Assembly: GCA_002245135.1 (NCBI GenBank)
Contig: NGBS01000292.1
Coordinates: 186,001 to 250,000, forward strand
Length of the DNA: 64,000 nucleotides
Direction of reading: 5' to 3'
Origin: Proteromonas lacertae
Taxonomy: Eukaryota
Positions within the stretch are counted from its first letter, which is position 1; every line of letters starts with the position of its first letter. Positions 37,924 to 51,421 of the stretch are shown here, piece after piece. The notes under the pieces were generated by a model. It searched no databases. It saw only the letters and a program-made list of their open reading frames with translations, and had not been told where the DNA came from. Both the position numbers and the translations under genes were made by a program.

Positions 37924-40900
37924 TTAATGAGATCCATTCATTCTACTTGGGGGTCTTAAAGGAATTTCTAAATTACTATCTTCTAATTCACTTCTCAAAC
38001 CACTATTCATTTCAGGATATTCTTTTACTAATTCATTCAAACAATACAATATATTATCATTTCCATCTTTCATTTCTACACTTCGAATGGCTTTTTCTGC
38101 GATTGTTTCTTCATCAGCACTATTTCCACATGTTCTACGATAAAATACACTTTGGCTTCTTACTTTTCTATTCAATTCACTCATTTTACCTTCTTTTTCG
38201 TGTATTTCTACATCTAAACTGCTATTAATCTCTTCTTTTCGTTTATAATCATTCACATTCTCTTCATTTTCATTCTCCAAGTTACTTAATCTTGTTTTAT
38301 CTTCACTTAAATCATTGTGGATTCTTTGTAATTCTTTCTGTCGTTTGAATAATACATCACTAGCTGTTACTAATTTATCCCTCAAATTTTTCACACCCAT
38401 TGCATCACTACTATTTCTATCAACAACAGCAAATCCTTCACGATATTCAGTATTCTGTTTATTCAAATGTTTCAAAGTGGCTTGTAAGGCTCGAATCTCT
38501 TTTTCAGCAACTCTAATATTATGATCTAATTCATCACCTTTTCGTTGTAATTCTTCACGTTTTTGTGCTGCTTTTATTACATAATAAGCTTGACTTTGTG
38601 GACCTTCATCTCCATAAGGAGCCATAGCTGATAGTGTATCATATTTTGCCTTTAAAGTATCTAATTTTATTGATCTTTCTGCTAATTCTACTGATATTTT
38701 GTGTCTTTCTTCTTCTAATACTTTCTTCTCAGCTTCTTGTGTGTCTAAATGTACTTGAATTTCTTTCTTTCTTTGTTCCATTGAGAGAGCCAATTGTTCT
38801 TTACGATTTTCTAATCCGAAGACTTGATTGGCTCTTTCGTCTAATTGATCTCGAAGTTTCTTTACTTCTAATTCCAATAAGTCATGTTGAACTACTAAAT
38901 CATCTTTATTACTTGATAATTTCTTTAATTCCTATTTTAATAATATAATATATATAATAATATATACAATTTCTGCTGTTGAAATTTGTAATTTTTTCTC
39001 TTTTATAGCATTTTCACCTTTTATTTTCTCTTCATTCAAATCTTGTAGTCTTCTATTCGCTTTATTCATTTCCATATGTAATCTTTTCACTTGTCCATCT
39101 AATATCTTCTTCTCACTCATTCTATTATATAAATTTTCTTCTAATTGTGCTATTCTTTTCTTTAATTCAGCTTTCTCTTCATCACTTCTTACACCTTGAG
39201 CTCTTGCTACTTTTCTTTCCATTTGTTGTATTTGGAATTCAGCATTATAGATTAATTCTTGTTGTTTCAAACTCTCTTGATCCAATTTATGTATTTGTAC
39301 AGTCATATGCTTGTTAGAAGCTTCTGTACCAGCTATTTCACTAATTAAATTAGCTTCTTTTTGTCTTAATTCAAATAATTTTTGACTTTCATTAAATTGT
39401 TTTTGTTTCATTAATTCTAATTGTTTTGTAATTCTTTCTAAAGCATATTCTCTATCTTGAAGTGTTTTTTCTGCTTTGGCTGCTACTTCTTCAGCTGTCA
39501 TTGTACTTTTAACTTCCTTTTCATATTGAGCTTGTTCTTTTTGGAATCTACTTCTACTATTAATCATTCTTGCTTTTTTTTCTTCCAATTCCTGTAACAG
39601 ATTTTGCACCTTTGTCTTTTGATATGTTAATTCAGAAGCTGTCTTTGCTAGTTCATTGTGCGTAACTTCAACTTGATCTTTAAATAATTGTAAATTATTA
39701 GTAATTTCAGCCCAATTCACTCTCATTTCAGCAATTTGTCTTTCTTTCAATGTAATTTCTCCTTGCACTTTAGCATTATTCTTTAATTCTTCATCTAACA
39801 TCTTATTATGCTCTTTTACTAACTGTTTCTTTTCATTGGTGGCTTGAACGAGGTTTGCGAATTCCATACCAACTCTATTAATATCATCATCTCTTCGTTT
39901 CATTGTATCAACTGCATCAGTCCATTGACGAATCAAATTCTGTCTTTCTTTATGTAAATTTCTAAATTCTTCAGCTGTTTTATCTAATTCAATTTGTTTT
40001 GATTGAGTTTCTGTAATTGCATCATCTAATATTTTATGAGCCTCTTGTACTGCAACAGTTACTTTTTCAACTTCAATTAATAAATTATGTAATTTAGCAT
40101 CATCAACATGTTCATATTTACTCAATGCATTATGATCTTCTTCCTTTTGTTTTGCAGCTAATGCCCATTCTTCTAATTCTTCCTGGTTCATATTCATTTG
40201 TGCTCTAAATTGATCCATTTGGTTATTACCTTGGAAAATACTATTTTGAATAATATTGGATCTATCTTGGATATCTTCTAATTCTCTCTTCATTTGAGTT
40301 AATTCTTGTCGAATTCTTCCTCTTTCTCTTTCAGCTATTTGTCGTAAATGATCTTCAGTTTCCATCTCCTTTTGCTTGGCATTGTACAAACTTTGTGTAT
40401 TTTCTATTTCATTTTGTACATTCTTCAAATGTTCTTTGATCACTTGTACTCTTTCAGCATGTTCTGCGACTGTATTTAATAACGCTTCTAATTTTGCTTC
40501 TTTCTTTTCTACATCCGCTTGTAATTCTCTGTTTTCTCTATTTGCGAATATTGGTAATTCATCATCTTCTTCCTCTTCTTCTTCTTCCTCATCTTCATTG
40601 TTGTTATTGTCATCATCATCACCATCATTATTGTTATTTTCATCATCTTCAGCTGCTGATGCCCAATGTGTATGAGGTATTGCTGGAGGTGGATCTTCTT
40701 CTTCTTCATCATCATCATTATTATTATTATTTCCATCATTTTCATATTCATAATTGTAATTATTTCCATCATTATTATTGTAATCTTCTGATTCTGATGG
40801 CATATCTGGTAAGAGATCAGGATCTAATTGTTTTGCAGGTGGATAATCTTCACCTTGATTCTCTTCTTCATTTCCATATTCTAGCTGTTGTTGTTCTTCT

Positions 40901-41328
40901 TGTTCAGCTTCTCCTTCACCCTCTTGTTCTGGTTGTAGTTCACCTTCTGGCTCAGGATCTCCTTCTTGTTGAGGTGGTGTTGTTGGATTACTTTGATTAT
41001 CATCTTGTGGTGGAGTTCCTGGAGGTGGTGATTGTGAAGGAGGTTCATCTGAATTAATATTGGGAATATCATCTTCATTTATATCTTGTGGTGGTTCTGT
41101 TTCTATATTTTCACCATCTTCATTACCAGCATTATCTGGTTCTGGTTCTGGTGGTGGAGATGTTGGATTACTTAAATCAACATTCTCATCTATATTATTA
41201 TCTTCTGGTGGAGGTGTATTAGTATTTGGTTGATCTTGAGTATTATCTGGTTGGGGTTCAATTGGTTCGTCAACTGGTTCATCATTAGTATTGTTGTCTG
41301 CATTATTGGGATCTTCTGAAGGATCCAT
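37924..41328 (-). CDS. CCDC39: CCDC39/FAP59 axonemal 96-nm ruler protein with acidic low-complexity N-extension
   Basis: LPIFANRENREL, AAKQKEEDHNALSKYEHVDDAKL, QIELDKTAEEFRNLHKERQ, LIYNAEFQIQQMERKVARAQG, SQAYYVIKAAQKREELQRKGDELD. One intron near 38931-38966. Confidence 0.9.
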
Positions 41329-41461
41329 ATTCAATTTAATATTTAAAAAACGACTTTATTCAAACTTCAAATCAAGCTTTGGTTTGTGAAATTTTGAAAT
41401 TTTTTGTTTTTATATCTTATATCTCTTTTATTTTTATTTATAAATCTTCAATTTTTCATCA

Positions 41462-43899
41462 ATGTCTAAAACACCAGATGTTTCAAATGCTAGTATAATT
41501 TTTATAATGATATTTAGGGAGAACACTAAATCCTTCTAAAATTAAAGCATCATCCACTGCACCATCGATTACAAAGTCTGGTAGAAAAACTAGATCACTA
41601 CATATGTCAACTAACCTACCAAGACAAGATTTACAAATCCAAGTAGCTAAAGATTATATAAAACAGCAATTAGGCTCATATACGAATCGAAGTAATATAT
41701 GGAATGATAAAATCAAGAAACTGGAAATGCCAGAGTCAGAAATAGTGGATTATACAGAAAAATTCAATTCATTTTCTAAAACTAAAGATAAATATCTTCT
41801 TAAGTGCCAAGAATTAGTATAATCTATATATTTTCATTAATTCTAATAGAAAGTGTTAAATACTGAATTACAAAGTTATGAAGAAGAATTACAAAAGCAA
41901 AATGAAATTTTAGAGAAATTAAAACAACGTAAACATGATATAATACAAAATCATCCACCTGTATTGATTTTTTTTTAGCTAATATATAATTTTCTTTATA
42001 GATATCACCAGCAGCTTCAATATTATATAAAAACAATGTATTTAATTATCAAAATCCATCAAAACCACTACAACCTACAGGATCTCAAACATCGACTACA
42101 TCAACCACATCAACATCCTCCTCTTCATCAGAGCCACAATATAATCCATTTGCAGCTACTACTCCATTCCATAACTCATTATTATCACCACAAAATACAT
42201 CAGAATCAACATCAACTGATGGATCGAATGTTTCAGAATTAAACAAAATGATATACATATCCTCATCATCTGATAATGAAAAAGACAATAATAGTAGTAA
42301 TAATAATAATGAAGAAGAAGAAGAAAATGGAGAAGAAGAGGAGGAAGAGGAAGTAGTAGAAGGAGTAAAAGAAACAACATTAGAAGAAGTAGAAGAATTT
42401 ATCAATTCAGAACCAAAGAAGACTCCCAAAGTAAAGAATCAATATTTATTTGATGATAATGATATATTCAATTCATCAAGAGAATCAACACCAGCTCATT
42501 CCAAACATAATACACCTAAACCTTGTACTAGTGTAAAGATGCCAACTAAATCACCCATTTTACTAAACAATATTATTAATAAACAAAAAGAAAAAGATAA
42601 AAAAGATGTTGAAGAAGATGAAGATGAAATTATTGATAATAATAATAATGATGAATGTGAAGAAATAATTGAACCACCAAAACCACCAACACATACAAAA
42701 CAAAAACAAAAACAAAGAATAGATAATAATAATAATAATAATAAATTATTCAAATCACCAATCAAAATAAAACAACAACAACAACAACCAAAAAAGTCAT
42801 CATCATCATCATCATCATCAATAACTACAATATCAACAACAGCTACAACTAGAACTAATAATAATAATAATAATGAAATAGATTTAGATTTAATAGAATC
42901 AATAGTAATCTCTGAAAATCTCAATGTTAAAGTAAGTAACGAAGTTCTAGGTGAAGGAGCTTTTGGTAGAGTTTATTTAGGTTTTAATACTGATACTGGT
43001 GTACAAGTTGCAGTAAAAGAAATGAAATTAAATGATTTAAAAAATATGAATAAAACAGCAAATACATTAAGAAAGGAGATAAAATTAATGCAACAATTAG
43101 CACATCCAAATATTGTACAATATTATGGAACAATATTAATACAAAACAGTAAAGGACTACAGATTATAATGGAATATATGTCAGGCAAATCAGTAGCAAA
43201 TGTATTGAAATTATATGGTAAATTGAAGGAGAATGTAGTAAAGAAATATTTGAAGGATATATTGAATGGTTTGATCTATTTACATGAGAATCATGTCATT
43301 CATAGAGATATAAAAGGTGCAAATATATTGTTAAATGAAAGAGGTAATGCGAAGTTGGGTGATTTTGGATGTTCAACACAAGTATATATATAAATATATA
43401 TAAATGTTTTTCTTCACTCATTTTTATCTTCTTTTTTTTTCTCTTTTATTATATTATATTATTAATAGTTTTCTGGTATGCAATCATATGCTAGTAGAGA
43501 GATGCTTGGGACTGTTCCTTGGATGGCTCCTGAAGTTATAAGACAAGAAGAAAGAATAGGAAGAAAAAGTGATATTTGGTCATTGGGATGTACAGTTATT
43601 GAGATGTTCAGTGGTATACATCCTTGGTATACATATTCTAATGCTATTCAATTAATAAGACATGTATATATTATTATTATTTGAGATAAATCAATTATTT
43701 TATGAATTATAGATTGGAGAAGCAAATGATGTGCCTCAACTACCTCCTGATATAGATATTAGTGAGAATGCTATTGATTTTCTAAATAAATGTGTGACGA
43801 TTGTATATTTTATTAAATTATAATCTGTAATTCATTTAGAATCCTGATAATCGTTTATGTGCCAAAGATTTAATTAATCATCCATTTTTAATAATGTAA
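41462..43899 (+). CDS. STE11/MAP3K-like Ser/Thr kinase
   Basis: LGEGAFGRVYLG, VAVKE, IHRDIKGANILL, KLGDFGCS, GTVPWMAPEVI, SDIWSLGCTVIEM. About 6 introns; N-terminal coiled coil and low-complexity region. Confidence 0.88.
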
Positions 43900-43987
43900 T
43901 ATAGTTTATAATGTATATTTTGTTTTTTTGTCTAAAAAATATATTCGTTTCAATTGTCGTTATTGGAATAGTTGAGATTGCGAGTCA

Positions 43988-46025
43988 ATGGGATCAGGTG
44001 CAAGTGCAGCACATACTATTCCTGGATTTACAGGATATTCTGGATTTAATTATGGAGAGTTGTCTGATAATGCTGCTAGAATTCTATATCCTAAACATAA
44101 CCAAGAATCAAAGATAGAAGTATATTCTAAAAATAACGTGCTAGATTTCTATAACTTGTAAAGATTTGATAAGTAAAGAAAAACACATTAATCCGTTTAC
44201 TGTTGTATATGATAAAGATAGAGAAGTGTGGAGAGAAATAGGACGGACAGAAATTATGTTGGAAAATAAAAAGTATAGATACTATTGGTTTTACTCATTT
44301 TAGTCCATCCTTTACTCGTCATTTCCCATATATATATTGTTTCAATAAAGTTCAATTTCTAAAATTCGATGTATATACTGTTGATTCAAAAAATCAAGAA
44401 GATCAAGAATATACAAATTTAACAAAACAGAAATTCCTAGGAACAGCAGAAATAGTATTACCATCTTTAATTGCATCACATACAAAATCACAATCAACTG
44501 CGTTAATAAATAATAATAAGTCTTGTGGATCAATTACAGTATTTAGATGATAAAAAATATATATAATAATAGATCGAAGTAGAAGAAATGGCGGATCAAA
44601 ATGCAGATTGTCATTTTGAATTCATTCTACATACAGAAAAAGAAGGTCATTTATATTTTCAAATCAATCGAAAACATAATGATGGAAATGATGATGCTTG
44701 TTATAGATCTGAAATAAATGAAGTTGTGAATAATTTAATCGCATTTAATCCAGTGGATATTAGTATTCAAGCATTATGTAACGCTGATAAAATGAGGGGA
44801 TTAATATTTCGGCTATTTGAATGGAAAGATAAAGGAGAAACTGAAGAAATTGGATGGGTTGAAGTATTCTCATTATTTTTATAATTTTTATATTTTTTAG
44901 ACTAATGTTTTATCACTGCAAAGTCAACCAGCTTTATTCTTTTTAAGTGATACTTCTGAACAAGTAGGAAAATTAGATATATCTGTATGTGAAATAGTAG
45001 AAAAACCAACATTTTTACAAGTATATGAAGTGTGGTTATGAAATGAATTTTATGGTTGGAATTAATTTCAATAGTGGAAAACCAAGAGATCCATCCAGTT
45101 TACACTATTTAAATCCAAACGGTCAACCAAATCAATATGAATTTGCAATAAGAGCAGCAGGTAAAGTATTAGAATATTATGATTCAGATCAAGAATTTCC
45201 AGTGTATGGATTTGGTGGATGTATTTGTGGTTTAGGTTCACATTTATTTCCACTAACACTTATTAATAATCCTGTAGTAAAAGGTGTAAATGGAATATTG
45301 GAAGCTTATAAGAAAGCAATTCCTGAATTGGAAATAGTAGGTGATACTGTATTTCAACCTATTGTTTATACAGCTGCTCAATTGGCAAATGAATATAAGC
45401 AAATGAATAATGGTAAATATTTAGTATTAATGATAATAACTGATGGTACAATAATTGATATAGAAGAAACAATTCATGAAATAGTAAATGCAAGTGTTTT
45501 GCCATTATCAATAATACTTGTTGGAATTGGAAGTGCTGATTTTGGAAATATGGTAAGATTAGATGGAGATGAAGAGAAATTGAAAAGTAATGGAATTGAG
45601 TGTAAAAGAGATATAGTTCAATTTGTATCAATGAGAGAATATTTGAATAAAGATCCGTTTCAATTGACAAAATCATTGTTGGAGGAATTACCAAATCAGT
45701 TTATATCTTATATGTCAATGAATAATATTTTACCAACAGCTGTGATTAATAAAGGAAGTGTAAATCCAATGAAATTTAGTAATAATCAAAATGTAGATGA
45801 GAATAATACTTTAATGAAAGAAATATGTGGAAATGTAGAAGAAGAATCTAAAAATGAAAATGAATCAATACTTAGACCAAACTTTGTAAACACTAATAAT
45901 AATAGTATAAACAATATAACCCCAAATATGAATGCTATTTTAAGTCCATCCAATTCAGCTCCAAGTATTCAGCAAATATCTTCTCCACAACATCCATCAC
46001 AACAACCACAATCATCTCCTTTTAT

Positions 46026-46059
<34 letters not shown>

Positions 46060-46506
46060 CTATTACAAACACCTCCACCTCAGTATTATCAACAAAATCA
46101 GCCATATTATCCACAACCACCTCCACAACCACAATATCAACAACAACAACAACAACAACAACCCTATTATCCTATACAACCTCCACAACAACCACAAATG
46201 ATGTTCCAACCTCCAAATCAATATATCCCTCAACCAAGATATTATCCTCAACAATCTCCACCACAAACACCACAGTTTTATATGCAACAACCACCCAGAA
46301 CACCACAGATGATGCAACAAATACCAAGAACTGCTCAAATGGTTCTACAGCCAAGAACACCTTATTATTCACCTCAACAGAATATGCCAAGATATAGTCA
46401 ACCACTTCAACAACCATATCAACCTCCTAATACACCAAGACCTATAACAATGAATTTCCCTCCTCTACAAATATTATCAAAAGGTGGTTTTGTTCCTCCT
46501 TGGTAA
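43988..46506 (+). CDS. Copine (C2-C2-vWA) with N-myristoylation motif and P/Q-rich tail
   Basis: MGSGAS start, EIGRTE, SLHYLNPNGQPNQYE, YDSDQEFPVYGFGG, LMIITDG, LPLSIILVGIG, RDIVQFV. Four introns; +1 shift near 45020. Confidence 0.92.
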
Positions 46507-46712
46507 TGATTAAATAAACAATAAATAGATGAATAATAATAGAAAATATCATAATAACGAAATTATTTACTTGTTTTTTAATCAATAAATAATAATCAAC
46601 ATTCTTTTCTATCTTTTTTTTTCTTTTTCTCTCTCTTAAAACAAGAATAATAATAATAAAATATTAACTATTATAAGATTTGATTCAAATAAATAAAATA
46701 TTATTGTTTAAT

Positions 46713-49658
46713 TTAAAAACCTTCAATCCATACATTCTCTCTTCCTCTTTGATCTACAGTTGCTGCTAAGATTTCAGCTTCAGAAAGTGAATTAAATGCT
46801 TCACAACATCTATCAATATATGACTGAGATGGAACATAGGGTGGTTTTACTTGATGTTTCAACAATGCTCCAAAATCCATATTATTCAACCATTTATGTT
46901 GTCTAATTTCACCAGTACCTTCTTTCATACATCCTAATCTCTGTCTTGGCTTTACTTTCAATATTGCTCTTATAAAATCAGTAGATTCAGGTGAAAAATG
47001 AAGTGGATAGGTGACTCTGCCTTTTATAATCTTAGCAATTTGTTCACTTTGTCCTCCTTCTCTAGTTAATTCAAATGGAGTTTCACCATTTAAGAATTCA
47101 TAAACTAATACTCCATAAGCCCATATATCACAAGGTATACCATGTCCTTTGTTCAACCATACTTCAGGAGCCATATAATCAGGTGTACCACATAAACTAT
47201 AAGTTCTATCTACAATCTGTTTGGCATTTCCAAAATCTGCAATTTTTACATAGCCAGAAGCACATAATAATACATTCTCAGGTTTTAAATCTCTGTATAC
47301 TATCTTTTTACCATGTAAATGTTCTAAACCTAATAATATCACTGATGAGAAGAATTTTGCTTCATTCTCAACAAATCTTCCATTTCTACGATGTAACATC
47401 AATGTTCTTAAATCACCAGCTTCTACAAACTCTTGTAACATGTAAACATAAAAATCATCTTGAAAAGTGGTAATCATCTTTACTAAAAATGGATGATTCA
47501 TTTGTGACATTAAATTCTTCTCATTTATAACATTTTGACGTGAACTAGCTGTTTGTAATTTAGTTTTACTTACTGCTTTCAATGCAAACACACTATTTGA
47601 TCCTTTAGGTTGAACTTTCTTCACTAAAGCAAATCCACCCAAGCCTAGAACTCCCATCACTTTCATATCTTCTAATTTGTACAATAATGGCTGAATAATT
47701 TCTTCAAATTCTTTAGCTGGTAAAACTAAGCATTTTACTACACCACTGGATATATATTTCTTCTTCTGTGGTTCAGCACTAACAATTGCTTGTTCACCAA
47801 AATAACTTCCTTTTTCTAACTTTATACTATCACCATTCTTATCTTCTACGATTACATTACCTTCTTCAATGATGAAGAATGAGGATGGTTGATCTCCAAT
47901 ATTCAATATTACATCTTTATCATTATAAAGCATTGCTTTTGAATGTTCAACTAATAATTCTTGACCAACTGGTGGTAGTTTCATAGCACCAAAGAAATTC
48001 AAAGAATTGACAAAATCTTCCATTTTCTTTCTTTCTAATAAGTCTTCCATTGGGCCTAAATGTTGTATAAATGCATCTCTTGAGATTGATAACACTGTTA
48101 CACTACCAACTGCTTTGATACTTGCACTTCTTGGCTCTTCTTTCATTAAAGCTCTTTCACCAAAATGATCATTACCAAACATATGTCTTAATTCGATTTC
48201 TTTATCATTTTCAGTTTTATAACAAATCACTTCTCCTTTTTGAATAATATAAAATTTATCTCCAATATCACCTTCTCTAAATATAATATCACCATCTTCA
48301 AACTTTTCAATTTCTAATGAATCTACAATCTGTTCTCGTTCTTCTGGTTTTAATACTGCTAATATTGCTGCAGAATCAATAAATCTTCTCTTCATATTGT
48401 GGTTCAATACATTCTCTAAGCTACCTAATATTTGATCAAATGCCTCTCTTCTTAACACCCAGCATTCAGTCTTACCATAACTCACTACATCTATAGTACG
48501 AGGTATATCGTGTAATAAAGCAATTTCACCAAAGTAATCATTGTCATGAAGTCTACGAATTTCTGTTCTTCCTGGTGCTGCTTGAAACTATTAAATAGAA
48601 ATAATAAGAAATAAAAATAAAATTATATATTATATATTATACTGCTTGTTGTATATGTTCCATCGCTTGTTGAGTAGCTGAATTATTATTATTTGCATTT
48701 GTATTTACATTACTATTGCTATTATTAACTGTTTCTTTTGGTCCAATTATATCCTCTTCACCACCATAACATATAGCTACACCGCTCTTTATAATATAAA
48801 ACTTAGTACCTTGTTCACCTTTCTTGATTATATATTCACCATCTTTATATTCTACTACTTGTAACATTTGAACCAATGAGCTCAATTGTTCTTCAGTTAA
48901 ATTACTTAATAATGGAACTTCCTTTAATAAGGAAATGGTTTTTTCAACTTGTCCACTTTCTGTTTTGTAGTTTTCTGCTTCGAAATCTTTACCATTGATC
49001 ATCCACACTTCAACATCTGTTTGCGCCATTACTTGGATTTTAGATGGTCCAGGATGGAATAAACTTACTATTTACATTATATATATCACTATAATATATT
49101 TATACAATCACCATAAGTATCTCCTTGACTCATTACCGATTTATTACCATTAAGGTCAGTTATTTCTAATTCACCACTCTCTACTACTACAAAATGTACA
49201 GCATTTTCATCCTTCTTTATTAGATATGTATCTTTACTGAATTTTCTTAAATACATATTACGACATAATGCAGTCTTTTGGTTCATTTCAAATTGACCTA
49301 ATACTTCACTATCTTGTATTGCTTTCCATATACGCTCTTCTTGAGCTTCAGATTTTGTTGTGTTCTTTTCTGTAGTATTATCTTCAGTTGAATCTCTAAT
49401 TAAAAATAAATGTATCATATTTAAAGTATATACTCAAGTTGACCAGGTCTAATTAAATTTACTTTACGTTTTTGATCAACAGGCGATTGAGTCCTTGCTG
49501 GAGTATTATCACTTTTATTATCTGATTGATTTAACTGGTTTTGACCAGCCACCTTTAACATTCATGTTATCTTTTTGATTATTATTATGTGAATCTTTGA
49601 CATTCAAAGATTCATTATCTGCTGCCACTTTAGAAGACTTAGACCCTCCACAACCCAT
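46713..49658 (-). CDS. PKG: cGMP-dependent protein kinase-like (four cNMP-binding domains plus AGC kinase)
   Basis: MGCGGSK start. cNMP motifs YGD, YFGEIAL, HFGERALMKEEPRSAS and YFGEQAI. Kinase motifs VYRDLKPEN, DFGNAK, TYSLCGTPDYMAPE. Three introns; +1 shift near 49550. Confidence 0.87.
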
Positions 49659-50166
49659 CTAATATGATGTATATTGTGAAAAAAACAATAAATCTATAAA
49701 AATTGACGTTACAAAAACGTTTCTTCTTTAATATCAATAAAATCACTCAAACCCAGCATTATATTATCGATTTTACATTGGCAACATGCTTAAATTTAAA
49801 TCTTACCTTTAATATTTGATAATAAAAACACTATTATGAAGATTATATTGAAATGAAATTGAACAAGAATACCACTCTGCACATATGAATCTCGAATTTA
49901 CGTGTTATTATAAAATCATTAAAGACATGTTACACGAATCTCAAATTAAATGTGAATAATTTTGGTTAGAAAAAATGATTTTAATTTTGTTACAAACATT
50001 TTTACTACAATGATAATAGCAGAATGTATTTATATCATAATGCGAAATACAAAAGAAACTCACAATGTTTATTAATTTGTTTAAAATGGGCAATTTTGTG
50101 AAGCATCAATACAATTCATAATATATAAAAGTAGTAATGAATTTTATTTAAAATAATACGAATGAT

Positions 50167-51344
50167 TTATACATTATTTTGTAAAGATATAATACCATCA
50201 GGTAGCCAAGGTAAATGTCCAATTGGAATCGGTTTTAAATACATATCTTCACCAGTTTTTGCAGTAAATTCAGTTCTTTCTTCAGTTTTCATAGAATCTA
50301 TTAATTCTTCATAACTGTCAACTTCAATGGATTTATACACTTCAATTCCAAATTTATCTAACTGTTCAACAGCTGAAAGCTTTGTATAAGAATATAACAT
50401 TTTTAATTTGTTTGAAGTGTTTGGTGGATTAAATAATACGAAAACTAGATTATATATTAACGTTTAAATAATAATAAATATACTATTAATCATCTTGGAT
50501 AGGTTCTCCTCATCAACATTTCTAATGCTGTTCTCTATATCAATATATTAACAGATTAAACATACTAACTAAATCGCTACGTTGTTTACTTATCAACAAA
50601 TATTGGGACTCATTAATGTATTTCAAATCTTCAATTTGTTTATACTCATTAGACTTATCTGACATTCCGATAGATTCATCATCTTCATTTATAACTAAAG
50701 ATATAATATCAGGTTTATTTTGTCTATCTTTAAGATAAGAGATTAAAGATGGAGTAAATGAATAGCTTGTAGGCTTCATTATCGATACCATTGGACTTGC
50801 TAGATCTTCTTTATCTGTTTTAAATATCTCTGATGCTGTATTTACAGATTCTGATGATTTATTGGGCATCATTTTGTATTTGTAGGTTTCATAACTGATA
50901 TCATCTATTTCAACAGCATGGTAGTCTTTTACAAAACACATAGTTCCTAACTGATTCTTTAAAGTCTCTTTAGTGCAAGAATATAACATTCTGTCACGAA
51001 TTGAGGATCCTTCGCTTACATAACTCACAAATATCCAATTATTGTTTGATCCTTCAAATGCATCTGCTGTGCTTATATAAGAAGTAGTAAGGATGTTTAG
51101 GATTTAGTTCACAAGCAGCTCTCATTACTAAAAAATATTATCTGTAATATATACAATCAAAATCTGTTTCAAAAGTGCCATTCATACTAACTTGAGAAAC
51201 AAGAATAACAGTTTCTTTCTCAATTTCAAGTTGCAAATATCTTACAGGAGTAGCTATTAACATTTATATGAATCAATAAATACTCTTAGCTTCAGTAAAA
51301 GCCTTAACAACCTCTGGGGAGCAATGAAAATTAGTTGAAGCCAT
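50167..51344 (-). CDS. TWF: Twinfilin (two ADF-H domains)
   Basis: WIFVSYVSEGSSIRDRMLYSCTKETLKNQLG and second repeat FVLFNPPNTSNKLKMLYSYTK. Four introns; +1 shift near 51070. Confidence 0.82.
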
Positions 51345-51421
51345 TGGGTGCGAAAAAAAGTAGCGAAAAGATTCTTTGAATTTTTAAACAAAGTTAAAAA
51401 AAATAATAAAATATGCTAATT

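Noticed and set aside
42257..42265. ATATCCTCA inside the MAP3K gene
   Set aside because: Lies in a continuous open frame with no downstream branch or acceptor needed.
49660..50160. Longer intergenic region with a short direct repeat GAATCTC(G/A)AATT (about 49887 and 49936)
   Set aside because: Too short in AT-rich DNA, and no recognisable RNA gene.
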